Assembly (NCBI GenBank): GCA_028715015.1
Contig: JAQTLF010000001.1
Coordinates: 29,243 to 93,242 of the forward strand
DNA: 64,000 nt
Origin: Candidatus Moraniibacteriota bacterium
GTDB taxonomy: Bacteria; Patescibacteriota; Minisyncoccia; Moranbacterales; GWC2-37-73
Direction: 5' to 3'
Each line of letters begins with the position of its first letter. The stretch's first letter is position 1. The notes beneath the pieces are model-generated. The model searched no databases and was not told the DNA's origin. It saw only the letters and a program-made list of their open reading frames with translations. Of this stretch, positions 1 through 9,598 are shown piece by piece. The translations under genes and the position numbers were made by a program.

Positions 1-538
1 ACTCAACAACGAACCTTCCCGCTACTATTATATAAATTCCGAGCACAAAGAGCGTTGGAAAGAACCGACAGCCATAAAAAACAAAGGAGAGCAATTCTAT
101 CATAGCTTCTTCATCGAAAGCGCCTATTTCGACGCTTTCAGTTTCCAATCAGCTGACAGCGACCAACAAGAAGCTTTGATTGCCGGCACCCGCTCCGACG
201 CTCAATTCAAATTTCTGCGCAAAAAATTGGCCAACATTTTGCGCATCAAAAGAAGGCCATTTTTAAAGGGGTTTGCTGAGCAACTCTTGCTTGACTATGA
301 ACAGAAAAACATCTTGCCAACAGATGCCAAAGACAATCTCAAGCAGACCATAAAAATTCTCTATGAAATGCAGCCCAAAATCTTCACTTCATTGAATCTG
401 GAACAGAAAAAAATTCTAGTGGGATTGCTTGGTATTTTGCTTGAAAGCAACAAAACTGAAAACGTGGCCGGACTGCTTGGCGGAATAATCGAACTGACCC
501 CCGACGAACAATCCGAACTCACTCAGCTTTTTTTATAA
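1..538 (+). CDS. 5'-partial CDS, possibly the central part of a GHKL/HSP90-like ATP-binding protein; may be 3'-truncated
   Basis: Frame is open from position 2 (LNNEPSRYYYINSEHKE...) to TAA at 538. Family assignment is by resemblance only; no ATPase motif lies inside the window. Confidence 0.45.
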   Translation, partial: LNNEPSRYYYINSEHKERWKEPTAIKNKGEQFYHSFFIESAYFDAFSFQSADSDQQEALIAGTRSDAQFKFLRKKLANILRIKRRPFLKGFAEQLLLDYEQKNILPTDAKDNLKQTIKILYEMQPKIFTSLNLEQKKILVGLLGILLESNKTENVAGLLGGIIELTPDEQSELTQLFL

Positions 539-541
539 AAC

Positions 542-569
542 AAAAAAGACTCCCGAAGGAGTCTTTTTT
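542..569. terminator. Bidirectional intrinsic terminator
   Basis: AAAAAAGACTCC-CGAA-GGAGTCTTTTTT between convergent genes. Confidence 0.85.
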
Positions 570-592
570 AAGATAGAAGTGAAAAGTAAAAC

Positions 593-620
593 TATTTCAA
601 AACTACAGTTGCACCAGCTT
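593..620 (-). repeat. Exact 28-bp duplicate of the rplL 3' end (715-742)
   Basis: TATTTCAAAACTACAGTTGCACCAGCTT present at both 593-620 and 715-742. Confidence 0.95.
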
Positions 621-658
621 TTCCTTGTTTTTCCAAATTTTTAATTTGGCAAAAAACA

Positions 659-688
659 AGAGAACCCCGTCGTATGACGGGGCTCTCA
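659..688 (-). terminator. Hairpin/terminator after rplL
   Basis: GAGAACCCCGTC-GTAT-GACGGGGCTCTC followed on the minus strand by TTGTTTTTT. Confidence 0.7.
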
Positions 689-713
689 ATCAAGCTATAT
701 TTTTTGAAACAAC

Positions 714-1112
714 TTATTTCAAAACTACAGTTGCACCAGCTTCTTCAAGTTTCTTTTGAACTTCTTCAGCTTGCGCTTTGGCAATCTTTTCTTTGATCAC
801 TTTTGGAGCTGCATCAACCAAGTCTTTTGCTTCCTTAAGTCCAAGACCGGTGATTTCACGAACAGCTTTAATAACATTGATTTTCTGTGCTCCAGCTGAA
901 GTCAATTCAACATCGAACTCAGATTTTTCTTCAGCAGCTTCAGCAGCAGCAGGTGCCACGCCCATCATCATTGGAGCAGCAGCAGACACACCGAATTTTT
1001 CTTCAAGAACTTTCACAAGTTCAGAAAGATCCAAAACACTCATCTTTTCGATTTCTGCAACAAGTTTTTCAAATTTTGCAGGCACGATAACCTCTTTTTT
1101 ATCCTCTGTCAT
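714..1112 (-). CDS. rplL: 50S ribosomal protein L7/L12
   Basis: [45 protein letters not shown]. Confidence 0.99.
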   Translation of the reverse strand: MTEDKKEVIVPAKFEKLVAEIEKMSVLDLSELVKVLEEKFGVSAAAPMMMGVAPAAAEAAEEKSEFDVELTSAGAQKINVIKAVREITGLGLKEAKDLVDAAPKVIKEKIAKAQAEEVQKKLEEAGATVVLK

Positions 1113-1243
1113 AATAATTATCCTGCAAATCTACAAATCTTTTACAAATCTACAAATAAAATGCATTTCATTTGTATATTTGTGACCAATTTATATATTT
1201 GTGGGTTATAAATTTACTTTATTTAATAAAACCTACTTAAACT

Positions 1244-1765
1244 CTATGCTTTTTGCTCTTTAACAGCATTGAGTACCTGAACCAAACCTCTCAAATTGCC
1301 AGCCAACACATTGACGAAACCAGAGATCGGAGCATTCAATGTTCCAACCAATTGTCCCAAAAGTTGTTCCTTTGAAGGAATCTTTGCCAATGCTTTGACT
1401 TCAGCTGCGCTCATGACCTGTGTTCCAAGAACTCCGCCAAGCAATTTGATGTTTTCGTTGGTTTTAGCAAAAGTATCGATGATCTTAGCTGCAGCGACCT
1501 CATCATTGTTTGAGAGTGATATTGCAACCTGACCTTCCATACCTTTGATGCTTACTCCTTCGATTCCCGCATTTTTAAGTGCGATGTCGAGAAGAGTTTT
1601 GCGAACCACGAAATATCCGACACCTTCCGCTCTCAAGGATTTCTTGAGTTCGGTCAGATCTTTCACTTTGAGTCCTTTGAAATCAACAAAAACCAATGAT
1701 TTGGCAACTTTGATTTTCTCTGACAACTCTTTTACGAGTTCTATTTTCTGATTTTTTGTAAGCAT
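1244..1765 (-). CDS. rplJ: 50S ribosomal protein L10
   Basis: VFVDFKGLKV...VVRKTL...IPSKEQLLGQLVGTLNAP; start re-set to the ATG at 1765 because the ORF-track extension runs through the leader RNA. Confidence 0.98.
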   Translation of the reverse strand: MLTKNQKIELVKELSEKIKVAKSLVFVDFKGLKVKDLTELKKSLRAEGVGYFVVRKTLLDIALKNAGIEGVSIKGMEGQVAISLSNNDEVAAAKIIDTFAKTNENIKLLGGVLGTQVMSAAEVKALAKIPSKEQLLGQLVGTLNAPISGFVNVLAGNLRGLVQVLNAVKEQKA

Positions 1766-1814
1766 TTGCTTTTTTCTACTTGTCACAAAACAATGTTTTA
1801 TGATTTTGCAGCAA

Positions 1815-1935
1815 TTAAAAAATCTGCGTTTCCGCAGATCGACCTTTGAAACCACGACGACACACTTAGCAAGTGTCATCGAGCTCCTCGACAGGTCTTA
1901 AGCTTTTTCAAGCTGCCTGCTGTCTGCGGATACTG
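1815..1935 (-). promoter_or_regulatory. L10 leader (L10(L12)4-binding attenuator)
   Basis: Minus strand CCGCAGACAGCAGG...GCTTAAGACCTGTCGAGG matches the L10-leader kink-turn core; downstream terminator ATCTGCG-GAAA-CGCAGAT-TTTT whose 5' arm can alternatively pair with the leader 5' CCGCAGA. Confidence 0.85.
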
Positions 1936-2000
1936 TGTCGCGTGATTAAATGTAATCATTTAATTTTACGCGATTCTATTAAAATTTCCCAAAATTCTAT

Positions 2001-2342
2001 TTAAGCTTCTTTTACTTCTTCAACTGGAGCAGCTTCTTCAGCTTTTGCTTCCTCAACTGGAGCTTCTGGAGCAACCGGTTTTTCCATTTTCACAGCTCTT
2101 TTCTTTCCTTCAATCACACCTTCTTTGACAAAAAGGTTGTAGGCGCTGTCAGAAACTTGTGCTCCTTTGGCAATCCATTCTTTGATCTTATCTGCCTTCA
2201 GAACAGCCACTTTTGAATGTGGGTCATAACTGCCCAAAACTGCCACATGGCCGCCTGTAGGGGCTGCTGTGTGCTGCTGAAGCACTACTCTGAATTGAGC
2301 TCTATTTTTTCGTCCAACACGTGAGAATCTAATGGTCAACAT
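2001..2342 (-). CDS. rpsP: 30S ribosomal protein S16 (with E/A/P-rich tail)
   Basis: MLTIRFSRVGRKNRAQFRVV...LGSYDP...WIAKGAQVSD. Confidence 0.97.
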   Translation of the reverse strand: MLTIRFSRVGRKNRAQFRVVLQQHTAAPTGGHVAVLGSYDPHSKVAVLKADKIKEWIAKGAQVSDSAYNLFVKEGVIEGKKRAVKMEKPVAPEAPVEEAKAEEAAPVEEVKEA

Positions 2343-2427
2343 AATTTCCTTTTCTTTACGAATAAATTAGCAGGTAACATTTTTACCCTTGTTTAAGCCT
2401 CCATTTGGCTGTTTTTAGTACTTATCC

Positions 2428-2456
2428 AATATACTAGCTTGTTGACATTTTGTCAA
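2428..2456 (-). promoter_or_regulatory. Sigma70 promoter of rpsP
   Basis: TTGACA-17 bp-TATATT. Confidence 0.65.
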
Positions 2457-2489
2457 GCGTTTGCCCACATATAAGCCATTTTGGCATAG

Positions 2490-3335
2490 TTATTTCAATA
2501 ATTTATTGTTTTTATTTGATGCTAAAAAATTTTGTCCGGTCACCACACTTTTTCCGGTTTTTTCTTCAAGTGCAAGTCTGGCATCTTTGGCAATTTTCCC
2601 ACCTTTTTTGGCTGGAATTTTGTTTTCTTCCAAACCTTTTGATTCCATGGTTTCAGCAATCTGACGCGTGGAAAGTTCAGCCAGTGCTGTGAAAACCAAT
2701 TCTGCATCTGACATGTGATCACGCAAATTCTGCGTTTTGAGATTTTTCAAATCTTTGTGTTCTCTGACTGACAAATCACTCCATTCTTCATGAATGATGT
2801 TTGTCAAAATTGCAAACTCATCTTGCTCTTTAACTTCATTGTTTTTCCAATAATCAGTCAACTTGTTTCTGATTTCCTGCCCCATCATTCTTTGCTGAAT
2901 CCATTTTTCACTTCTTCCCATTTTTTGCCAATATCCCCTTGAGCGATTCACGCCCTTTTCCGGATCAGACATGTCCTGAATTCTTTCATATCCAACTTTT
3001 GCCAGCCATAATTTGATTGGTTCCGCTTTCCTAGATGGGACAGATTGAACAAGACGCAAAATTGTTTCCACGTCTGCCACATCAGTTAAATATTTTTTAC
3101 CATCAGCAGCTTCCAATTTCAGTTTGTCACATTTTGTGACAGACTCATTGCCTTCTTTTCTTAAACGATTTTTTAGTGTTGTCCAATAACTTTGCGCTTT
3201 TTTAAAATCTGCCTGATCTATTAAGGCAGCAACAATATCAATCACTGAAAAATACCAAGTCTCAGTTTTTTCGTCGTAGTGCCGACGAATTTTGAAATTC
3301 TCAAAAATTGCCAGCGAATCTTTTTTATTTTGCAT
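2490..3335 (-). CDS. Bro-N domain / phage-antirepressor-like DNA-binding protein
   Basis: [71 protein letters not shown]. Confidence 0.85.
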   Translation of the reverse strand: MQNKKDSLAIFENFKIRRHYDEKTETWYFSVIDIVAALIDQADFKKAQSYWTTLKNRLRKEGNESVTKCDKLKLEAADGKKYLTDVADVETILRLVQSVPSRKAEPIKLWLAKVGYERIQDMSDPEKGVNRSRGYWQKMGRSEKWIQQRMMGQEIRNKLTDYWKNNEVKEQDEFAILTNIIHEEWSDLSVREHKDLKNLKTQNLRDHMSDAELVFTALAELSTRQIAETMESKGLEENKIPAKKGGKIAKDARLALEEKTGKSVVTGQNFLASNKNNKLLK

Positions 3336-3353
3336 CTGATTTGTTTTTATTAC

Positions 3354-3419
3354 TTATTGTCTAGCAAAGTGAGCGAAATGAAAATAAATTTTCATTTCCG
3401 AACAAGCGACGACAACAAG
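3354..3419. repeat. REP-like stem / purine-rich internal loop / stem element (CGAGCNAGCG family)
   Basis: TTATTGTC-TAGCAAAGTGAGC-GAAATGAAAAT/ATTTTCATTTC-CGAACAAGCGAC-GACAACAA; same architecture at 21476-21536 and 28641-28710. Confidence 0.7.
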
Positions 3420-3489
3420 TGACTTTTTGTCACTTATAGTGATATTTTATCACCATGTCAAAAAGCCGTCAACTTGGCTGCAAAATCGA

Positions 3490-5283
3490 TCAATCCACAT
3501 CTCCCATTTGTTGCAGATCAAGAAGTTTTTTGTAGAGTCCGTCATTGACTTTGGAAAGTTCACTGTGCGATCCGGTTTCCACCACCATGCCTTTTTCCAA
3601 AACCACGATCTTATCAGCTTTTTTGATGGTGCTCAGGCGATGAGCAATGATGATGACGGTGCGATTTTTGGAAATTTTGTCCATGGCATCCTGGATGAGT
3701 CTTTCGCTTTGGGAATCAAGATTGCTGGTCGCCTCATCAAAAATGAGCACCTTAGGATTAGCCAAAATGGCGCGTGCAATTCCGATGCGCTGCCTTTGTC
3801 CTCCTGACAATTTTATGCCGCGTTCCCCCACAATCGTGTCGTAGCCATCGTTCAATTGCATCACAAACTCTTCTGCATTGGCAATCCTGGCTGCGGCCTC
3901 AATTTCCTTTTTGCTGGCAGATGGTTTGGCATAGGCGATGTTTTCACTGATACTGGCATTGAAAATTTCCACATCTTGCGGAACAATGGCAAAAAATTTG
4001 CGAAAACCATAGAGGTCATATTTTCTCAAATCCGTTCCATCCAAAAGAACAGCTCCTTGGGTGGGATCATAATGACGATAAATCATTCTGGCCAAAGTTG
4101 TTTTGCCTCCGCCTGACGGACCGATGAGCGCTGTTGTTGCACCTTCAGGAATAACCAGATTCACATTTTTGAGAGCTTTCATCTTGCTGTCCGCATAGGC
4201 AAAACTCATTTTTCTGAATTCCAAATTTCCTCTGACATTCTTGGGCACGATTCCGCCAATTGGATTTTTAATGTCAGGTTGCTCTTTGGACAGTTCATAA
4301 ATTCTTTCCACAGCCTCGGAACTTTCCATGATGCGATCATAGAGGCGCGAGATGCGATACAATGAAATCAACGCTTTTTCAGAAATCGTGAACACGAAAA
4401 CCAATGTTCCCACTGTGATGTTGCCTTTCCAAACAAGCCAGGCGCCGAAAAGCAGAATAAAAAGTCTGCCTGAATCAATCACAAAATTACGTTTCAGATT
4501 CTGGTTCAAAATGTTGCCAAATTCTGAAAGCACAGTGGTTCTCAATTCTTCACGCAACTTTCCAAAACGGGTGCACTCCCGTTTTTCCTGGGTAAATGAT
4601 TTGACAGTGTTAATGTTCACCACTGATTGGGTCATCAAGCCTGCTGCTTTTTCATAGATGTCAAAACGATTTTTTCTAAGTGGAAAAACTCTGCGATTGA
4701 CACGGATTGTCAAAAATACAAAGATGGGCACGAAAAAGAGAACCACCATGCCGAATCGCCAATCAACCCAAAAAAGAACCACGGTGGTGAAAATTATTTG
4801 CAAAATTGTCGGAGCAACTTCCCATGACAAATTGCTGAGCAAATCAATGATCTTATCAATTCCGCGCTGAACCTTGCTTATTTTGCTGCCAGTGTTTTCT
4901 TTTTCATGATAACCGAGTCCCAAATAGATGAGTTTTTTGTGCGCCTGCCCGGAAAGATTCGATTCCGTGTCAGCCAAAATCCTGAATATTCTCTTGTCAT
5001 TGGTGTATTGCAAAATGGAAACGATTTCATTGATGGCAAACATGGCAAAAATCAAAGCTGCGATTTGAGCAATTTTTTCCACCCTGAAATTCGTGATCAA
5101 ATCAATGATCAATTTGAGCGTATATGGACCCGCCAAACGCGTGATTTCAACCACCAACATCAAGGAAAAAACTTTTTTCATTCCGCCTTGCGCCGGCAAG
5201 AGCAATTTCCAAAGCCGCATCCAAAAACCTTTGATGTCAAAAGTTCTTTCAGTTTTATTGTTTTTTTGCTTTTTTTCTTTCAT
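3490..5283 (-). CDS. ABC exporter, fused TMD + ATPase (MsbA/MdlB-like)
   Basis: N-terminal TM helices; Walker A GPSGGGKT, LSGGQRQR, IFDEATSNLD, IAHRL. Confidence 0.95.
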   Translation of the reverse strand: MKEKKQKNNKTERTFDIKGFWMRLWKLLLPAQGGMKKVFSLMLVVEITRLAGPYTLKLIIDLITNFRVEKIAQIAALIFAMFAINEIVSILQYTNDKRIFRILADTESNLSGQAHKKLIYLGLGYHEKENTGSKISKVQRGIDKIIDLLSNLSWEVAPTILQIIFTTVVLFWVDWRFGMVVLFFVPIFVFLTIRVNRRVFPLRKNRFDIYEKAAGLMTQSVVNINTVKSFTQEKRECTRFGKLREELRTTVLSEFGNILNQNLKRNFVIDSGRLFILLFGAWLVWKGNITVGTLVFVFTISEKALISLYRISRLYDRIMESSEAVERIYELSKEQPDIKNPIGGIVPKNVRGNLEFRKMSFAYADSKMKALKNVNLVIPEGATTALIGPSGGGKTTLARMIYRHYDPTQGAVLLDGTDLRKYDLYGFRKFFAIVPQDVEIFNASISENIAYAKPSASKKEIEAAARIANAEEFVMQLNDGYDTIVGERGIKLSGGQRQRIGIARAILANPKVLIFDEATSNLDSQSERLIQDAMDKISKNRTVIIIAHRLSTIKKADKIVVLEKGMVVETGSHSELSKVNDGLYKKLLDLQQMGDVD

Positions 5284-5329
5284 ATAAACATCATATCACG
5301 ATTGATTTTACATATCAAAAAATAAACAA

Positions 5330-5357
5330 TGTCATTCCCGTGAAAACGGGAATGACA
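5330..5357. repeat. Palindrome of the GTCATTCCCG...CGGGAATGAC (CGTC/dRS3-like) type
   Basis: TGTCATTCCCG-TGAAAA-CGGGAATGACA. Confidence 0.6.
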
Positions 5358-5370
5358 AAGCAAAATATCA

Positions 5371-5395
5371 AAAAACCCCGCCTAGGCGGGGTTTT
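5371..5395 (-). terminator. Intrinsic terminator of HU gene
   Basis: AAAACCCCGCC-TA-GGCGGGGTTTT with T-run on the minus strand. Confidence 0.85.
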
Positions 5396-5418
5396 GAGAA
5401 ATAGAAAAATCCTATCGA

Positions 5419-5700
5419 CTACAATACTGCTTCTTTGGCAGCTTTTGCAAGACGGAATTTAACCACAGTTTTTGCAGCAATTTTGATTTTTTCTCCAGTT
5501 GCTGGGTTCACTCCCATTCTTGCTTTTCTTTTTGCTTTAACCATTTTTCCGAAACCAGGAAGAACGAATTCTCCAGTCTTTTTCACTTCTTTGTATGCGA
5601 TTGTAACGAGTTCATCAAAAAACCCATTAACTTCCTTTTTTGCCAAGCCTGTTTTTTCAGACAAGACTGTCACCAATTGTGACTTTGTCATTTTTGCCAT
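5419..5700 (-). CDS. hup: HU family DNA-binding protein
   Basis: MTKSQLV...FVLPGFGK...RKARMGVNPATGEKIKIAAKTVVKFR. Confidence 0.95.
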   Translation of the reverse strand: MAKMTKSQLVTVLSEKTGLAKKEVNGFFDELVTIAYKEVKKTGEFVLPGFGKMVKAKRKARMGVNPATGEKIKIAAKTVVKFRLAKAAKEAVL

Positions 5701-5880
5701 AGTGCGTGTTTTCATTTTTAGTCCGGTTTTATGCGGGCAAAAAACGAATTTTTATTTATTAATTTATTTCTTTTGCATGTTGGCTCATGCATGCTCCAAT
5801 TATACACCATTATTAAAAGCTTTGCTAGTGGCTTTTGAATTATTGTCAATAGTCATGGGGTCAATACCGATATTGGCATT

Positions 5881-6813
5881 CTATTTGTTGATAACTGGCG
5901 CAGCATCCGGTTTTTTCAGAGCAATTCTTTTAAAACAAAAATTGCCACCGTCATGCCTCCAATCGTTCAGATATGGGCCTTCTGACGATATTGCATCATT
6001 CAAACTTGAACGCATAAAATCGGCACATAACTGATATGAACTTTCATCCTCAATTTTATAGGTGACACCTTTTACGATCTGATTGCCAAAAGAAAATCTC
6101 GTCGCGCTAAGATCATCAAGTTTTTGTGGCAGCTTTTCTGTTTCGCCAAAGTAATTTTGAACGGAACTATCGATTGATTGCAAACTATTAACCATTTGTT
6201 GGTCGAGATTTTTCTGTCGTGATACTGTTGGCGAATCTATGATAAAAAATCCTGACACAAAAGTTGCAACAACCACCGCGATGCAAACAATCATAGTTAT
6301 TTTATTAATAGGAGAAGTTGTCTCGACTCTGCGCATGTCCCAAAAATAATATCCGAAAATTCCACCCGCAATCAAGAGAATCGCAAGAACTTTCAGCAAA
6401 AAACTGGATGTGAAATCGCCTCCAAGAAAATTAACCACCAGCGTAATGAGATCACCGATAATCGTTGCCGATGCAAAAAACAAAACAATGTATGTCAGCC
6501 ATTTTCTCACAACAGATTCTAGCAATATTTGCTGGTTATTGATTCTTTTTGTGATGATGCTCGAAACTACAAAGAAGATAGGAGCAGCAATAATAAGCGC
6601 TGCAATTCCAAATTTCACGCCACCCTGATTAAATGACGCATACGCAGAGGCCGACTCCCTGTCAGTGACAAATTTATCAACAAAACCGAACAAAATTGAA
6701 CCCTCCCCAAAGGAAACAAAAGTCAGCGACAAAAAAGTCACCAGATACAAAAAGAAATCTTGTGCGCCACCATTATTATTTTGTGGCTGTGGAGTTGAAG
6801 CTTGAATTTCCAT
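5881..6813 (-). CDS. DUF5671-like membrane protein with pilin-like C-terminal domain
   Basis: AQDFFLYL, IAALIIAAPIF, VRKWLTYIVLFFA..TIIGDLITLV.NFLGG, YQLCADF, WRH..GNFCF. Confidence 0.75.
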   Translation of the reverse strand: MEIQASTPQPQNNNGGAQDFFLYLVTFLSLTFVSFGEGSILFGFVDKFVTDRESASAYASFNQGGVKFGIAALIIAAPIFFVVSSIITKRINNQQILLESVVRKWLTYIVLFFASATIIGDLITLVVNFLGGDFTSSFLLKVLAILLIAGGIFGYYFWDMRRVETTSPINKITMIVCIAVVVATFVSGFFIIDSPTVSRQKNLDQQMVNSLQSIDSSVQNYFGETEKLPQKLDDLSATRFSFGNQIVKGVTYKIEDESSYQLCADFMRSSLNDAISSEGPYLNDWRHDGGNFCFKRIALKKPDAAPVINK

Positions 6814-6897
6814 AGATTTAAAAACTAAAAAATTAATATGCACGCTTATGGATAAAAGTGATCAAAAAAACAGAATCGAAAGATCCTGTTTTTAACT

Positions 6898-9204
6898 CTA
6901 TTTTCCGATGATTTTTCCGCCTTGCCCCACCTGGTCAAGCTTCACGGAAAGAAGTTTGGAAATTCCATCATCGCCCATGGTCACACCATAGAGAAGTGAG
7001 GCTTGTCGCATGGTTTCGCGATTATGGGTGATGGCGATGAATTGGGTCGTGCCGGAAAGTTCCTGCAAAATCTTGCTGAAACGTCGCGAGTTGGCTTCAT
7101 CAAGAGCCGCCTCCACTTCATCCAAAATCGCAAATGGCGGTGGGTTGTGAGAAATAATGGCAAAAAGAAGCGCCAAGGAAGTGAGCGATCTTTCGCCGCC
7201 AGAAAGCATGGAAAGATTGGCAATCTTTTTTCCCGGAGGACACGCAAAGATTTCCACTCCGATTTCATCGCGCTTTTCGTCTTCCGATTCCTGATTTTCA
7301 TCTTCCTGCTCATCAATTTCTGTTCCATCCTCAGCAACTTTCGCTTTGCGATTTTTTATTTTCAATTTGATCAGATGCGCATTTCCTCCGCCAAAAATGA
7401 TTCTGAAATATTTGGTGAATTCCTTGTTGATTTTTTCGAAAGCTTCCTCAAATTCAACCTTGATGCGTTGGTCCATTTCTTTGATGATGGCTTCCAAGGA
7501 AACAAGGGCATCAGCCAAATCTTTCAATTCCTGAGTGAGAAAATCAAAACGTGCGTTTGTCTCGCTGTATTCTTCAACGATCATCGGGTCAATTCCGCCG
7601 ATTTGTTCCATCTGAAGTTTCAGGCGTGAAATTTCCCTCTCCAGCATTTCCCTGTTGATCTCTTCACCATCAAATTTGAGCGCGGCAACTTCGCATTTAA
7701 GTTCGCTTCTGATTTCGTTGGTCAGATCTTCTTCGCGCACTTCCACGCGAGCCAGTTTTATTTTGGCATCATTGAATTGGTCTTTCAAAGTGTTGAGCTG
7801 TTCTTGTCTTACTCTGGATTCACGTTCCAATTGGAAAAAACGTTCGCGAAGCTGTCTGATTCTTTGATTTTCAGCCGTGATTTCTTTTTCAATTTTTTCA
7901 AGCTCGTCTCTGAGCTGGGTTTCTTTGAGTTGGAATCCTTTTTTCTTATTTTCAAGTTCTTCAATTTTTTTGTTGATCTCTCCGACTTCTTTGGAGTTGT
8001 CTTTCTTGATGGAAACTTCGCCTTTGCCAGATTCTTCATACAGATCAAAAAGTTGTTGTTGGATGGCCCGGGCAGATTCTTTGATGTCCTGCAAATCATC
8101 CATGTTTTCTGCTTCTTCCACTCGAAGAATCAATCTTTCCTGCGCCATGCGGATGTTGGAAAGCTTGGCTTGCACATATTTCAAATCAACAGGAATGATC
8201 TCGATGACTTTCTGATTGGCAAGTTTTTCTTTCTCAACAACGATGCGTCCTTCGGAAATTATCAGCTCGCGTTCAACATCATTGAGCTGCTGTCTTATTT
8301 GTGTTTTTTTTCTTTCCAACTCCTGTTCAGCTCCGCTATCTTGGGCTTTGCCTGATTCCTGATTGAGTTCATCTGTCATTTTGTCCACTTCGCGTTGCAT
8401 GTTCATCATGCCTGCTCCCAACGATTCTTTTTCTTGGGAAAATTTTTCACGTTCGCTTTGGAATTGATGCCACAAAAAAGAAAACAATTTTGTTTGTTTT
8501 TCTTTGAGTTCTTCGGCCACCACTTTTCCTTGCTGCGCTTTCTCAGCTTGGCGTTTGAGCATTTTCAAATGCGGCTCGATTTCACGGATCAACCCTGAAG
8601 TGCGCTGCATGTTTTCTCTGGTCGAATCGAGTTTTTTGACTGCCCTGTCTTTTTTGATCTGATATTGCTTCACTCCGGCAGCATCTTCCAAAACGCTGCG
8701 GCGATCCGCAGGAGTCGAATTTAGCAATGAGTCAGACATTCCCTGGTTGATAACGCAATAGCTTTCTTTTCCCACTCCAGCTTTGGCCAACAAATCCATG
8801 ACATCCAATAAACGTGAACGATTGCCATTGATCAGATATTCCGACTCTCCGGAACGATACAGTTTTCTAGTGATGATGACCTCCGTGAATTCAAGCGGGA
8901 TTCTTTTGTCGGCATTGTCAAAATGAAGAGAAACTTGGGCGCTGGAAAGACGCGCCTTTGTCCCAGACCCTGCAAAAATGATGTCCTCGGCTTTTTTTCC
9001 GCGCAGTGTTTTCATCGATTGCTCTCCCATCGCCCATTTGATCGCATCAGAGGTGTTGGATTTTCCTGATCCATTTGGTCCCACAATGGCCGTTATTCCG
9101 CGTGCTTCACTATCAACATTAAAATTCCCCGCTGGCAAAAATTCCAGCGTGGTTTTATTGGCAAACGATTTGAATCCTGATATTTCAACTTTTTTTAGAT
9201 ACAT
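6898..9204 (-). CDS. smc: Chromosome segregation ATPase SMC (short, no recognisable hinge)
   Basis: GFKSFA, GPNGSGKSN, Q-loop INQG, LSGGE, ILDEVEAALD, ITHN; long coiled coils; only 768 aa. Confidence 0.92.
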   Translation of the reverse strand: MYLKKVEISGFKSFANKTTLEFLPAGNFNVDSEARGITAIVGPNGSGKSNTSDAIKWAMGEQSMKTLRGKKAEDIIFAGSGTKARLSSAQVSLHFDNADKRIPLEFTEVIITRKLYRSGESEYLINGNRSRLLDVMDLLAKAGVGKESYCVINQGMSDSLLNSTPADRRSVLEDAAGVKQYQIKKDRAVKKLDSTRENMQRTSGLIREIEPHLKMLKRQAEKAQQGKVVAEELKEKQTKLFSFLWHQFQSEREKFSQEKESLGAGMMNMQREVDKMTDELNQESGKAQDSGAEQELERKKTQIRQQLNDVERELIISEGRIVVEKEKLANQKVIEIIPVDLKYVQAKLSNIRMAQERLILRVEEAENMDDLQDIKESARAIQQQLFDLYEESGKGEVSIKKDNSKEVGEINKKIEELENKKKGFQLKETQLRDELEKIEKEITAENQRIRQLRERFFQLERESRVRQEQLNTLKDQFNDAKIKLARVEVREEDLTNEIRSELKCEVAALKFDGEEINREMLEREISRLKLQMEQIGGIDPMIVEEYSETNARFDFLTQELKDLADALVSLEAIIKEMDQRIKVEFEEAFEKINKEFTKYFRIIFGGGNAHLIKLKIKNRKAKVAEDGTEIDEQEDENQESEDEKRDEIGVEIFACPPGKKIANLSMLSGGERSLTSLALLFAIISHNPPPFAILDEVEAALDEANSRRFSKILQELSGTTQFIAITHNRETMRQASLLYGVTMGDDGISKLLSVKLDQVGQGGKIIGK

Positions 9205-9207
9205 TAT

Positions 9208-9335
9208 TCATGGAGCATGGAGCATGGAGCATGGAGCATAAATCATGAATGTTGGTGACATCTATATTTGTGCCAGATGTTCCACATTATAAGATTTATG
9301 AATATTGTTCTATGTTCTATGTTTTATGTTCTATG
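9208..9335. repeat. Two-armed heptamer repeat element (CATGGAG)n ... (ATGTTCT)n
   Basis: 4 x CATGGAG at 9208-9235 and 4 x ATGTTYT at about 9305-9332. Confidence 0.9.
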
Positions 9336-9367
9336 ACATTGTACTACACTTTTTTATTTTGGGAAAG

Positions 9368-9598
9368 AAAAAAGGCTACAAAGAAATATCTTGTAGCGCT
9401 TTTGGGTGGTTTTGGTCTGGGTACATTCGGGATCGAATTGTGCTTTTTGTGAACAAAAATCCACCGAACGCACCCAGCTTTGAGGTTCGCAAAATTTCAT
9501 CGAACCAAAATAGATAAAAAGGGCTTGTGCAGAGGGTTGGGGATGTGTAATGATTTCGTAAGTTTACGCATTACAATATACCCCAATCCCTCTGACAC
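9368..9598 (-). ncRNA. Candidate structured small RNA (~230 nt)
   Basis: Promoter TTGACA(9630-9625)-16-TATGAT(9608-9603); 5' long hairpin 9528-9598; 14-bp stem CTGGGTGCGTTCGG/CCGAATGTACCCAG; terminator GCTACAAG...TTTGTAGCC-TTTTTT. Confidence 0.55.

Noticed and set aside
2490-3335. Bro-N gene as evidence of a prophage
   Set aside because: Solitary gene; no integrase, structural or replication phage genes in the window.
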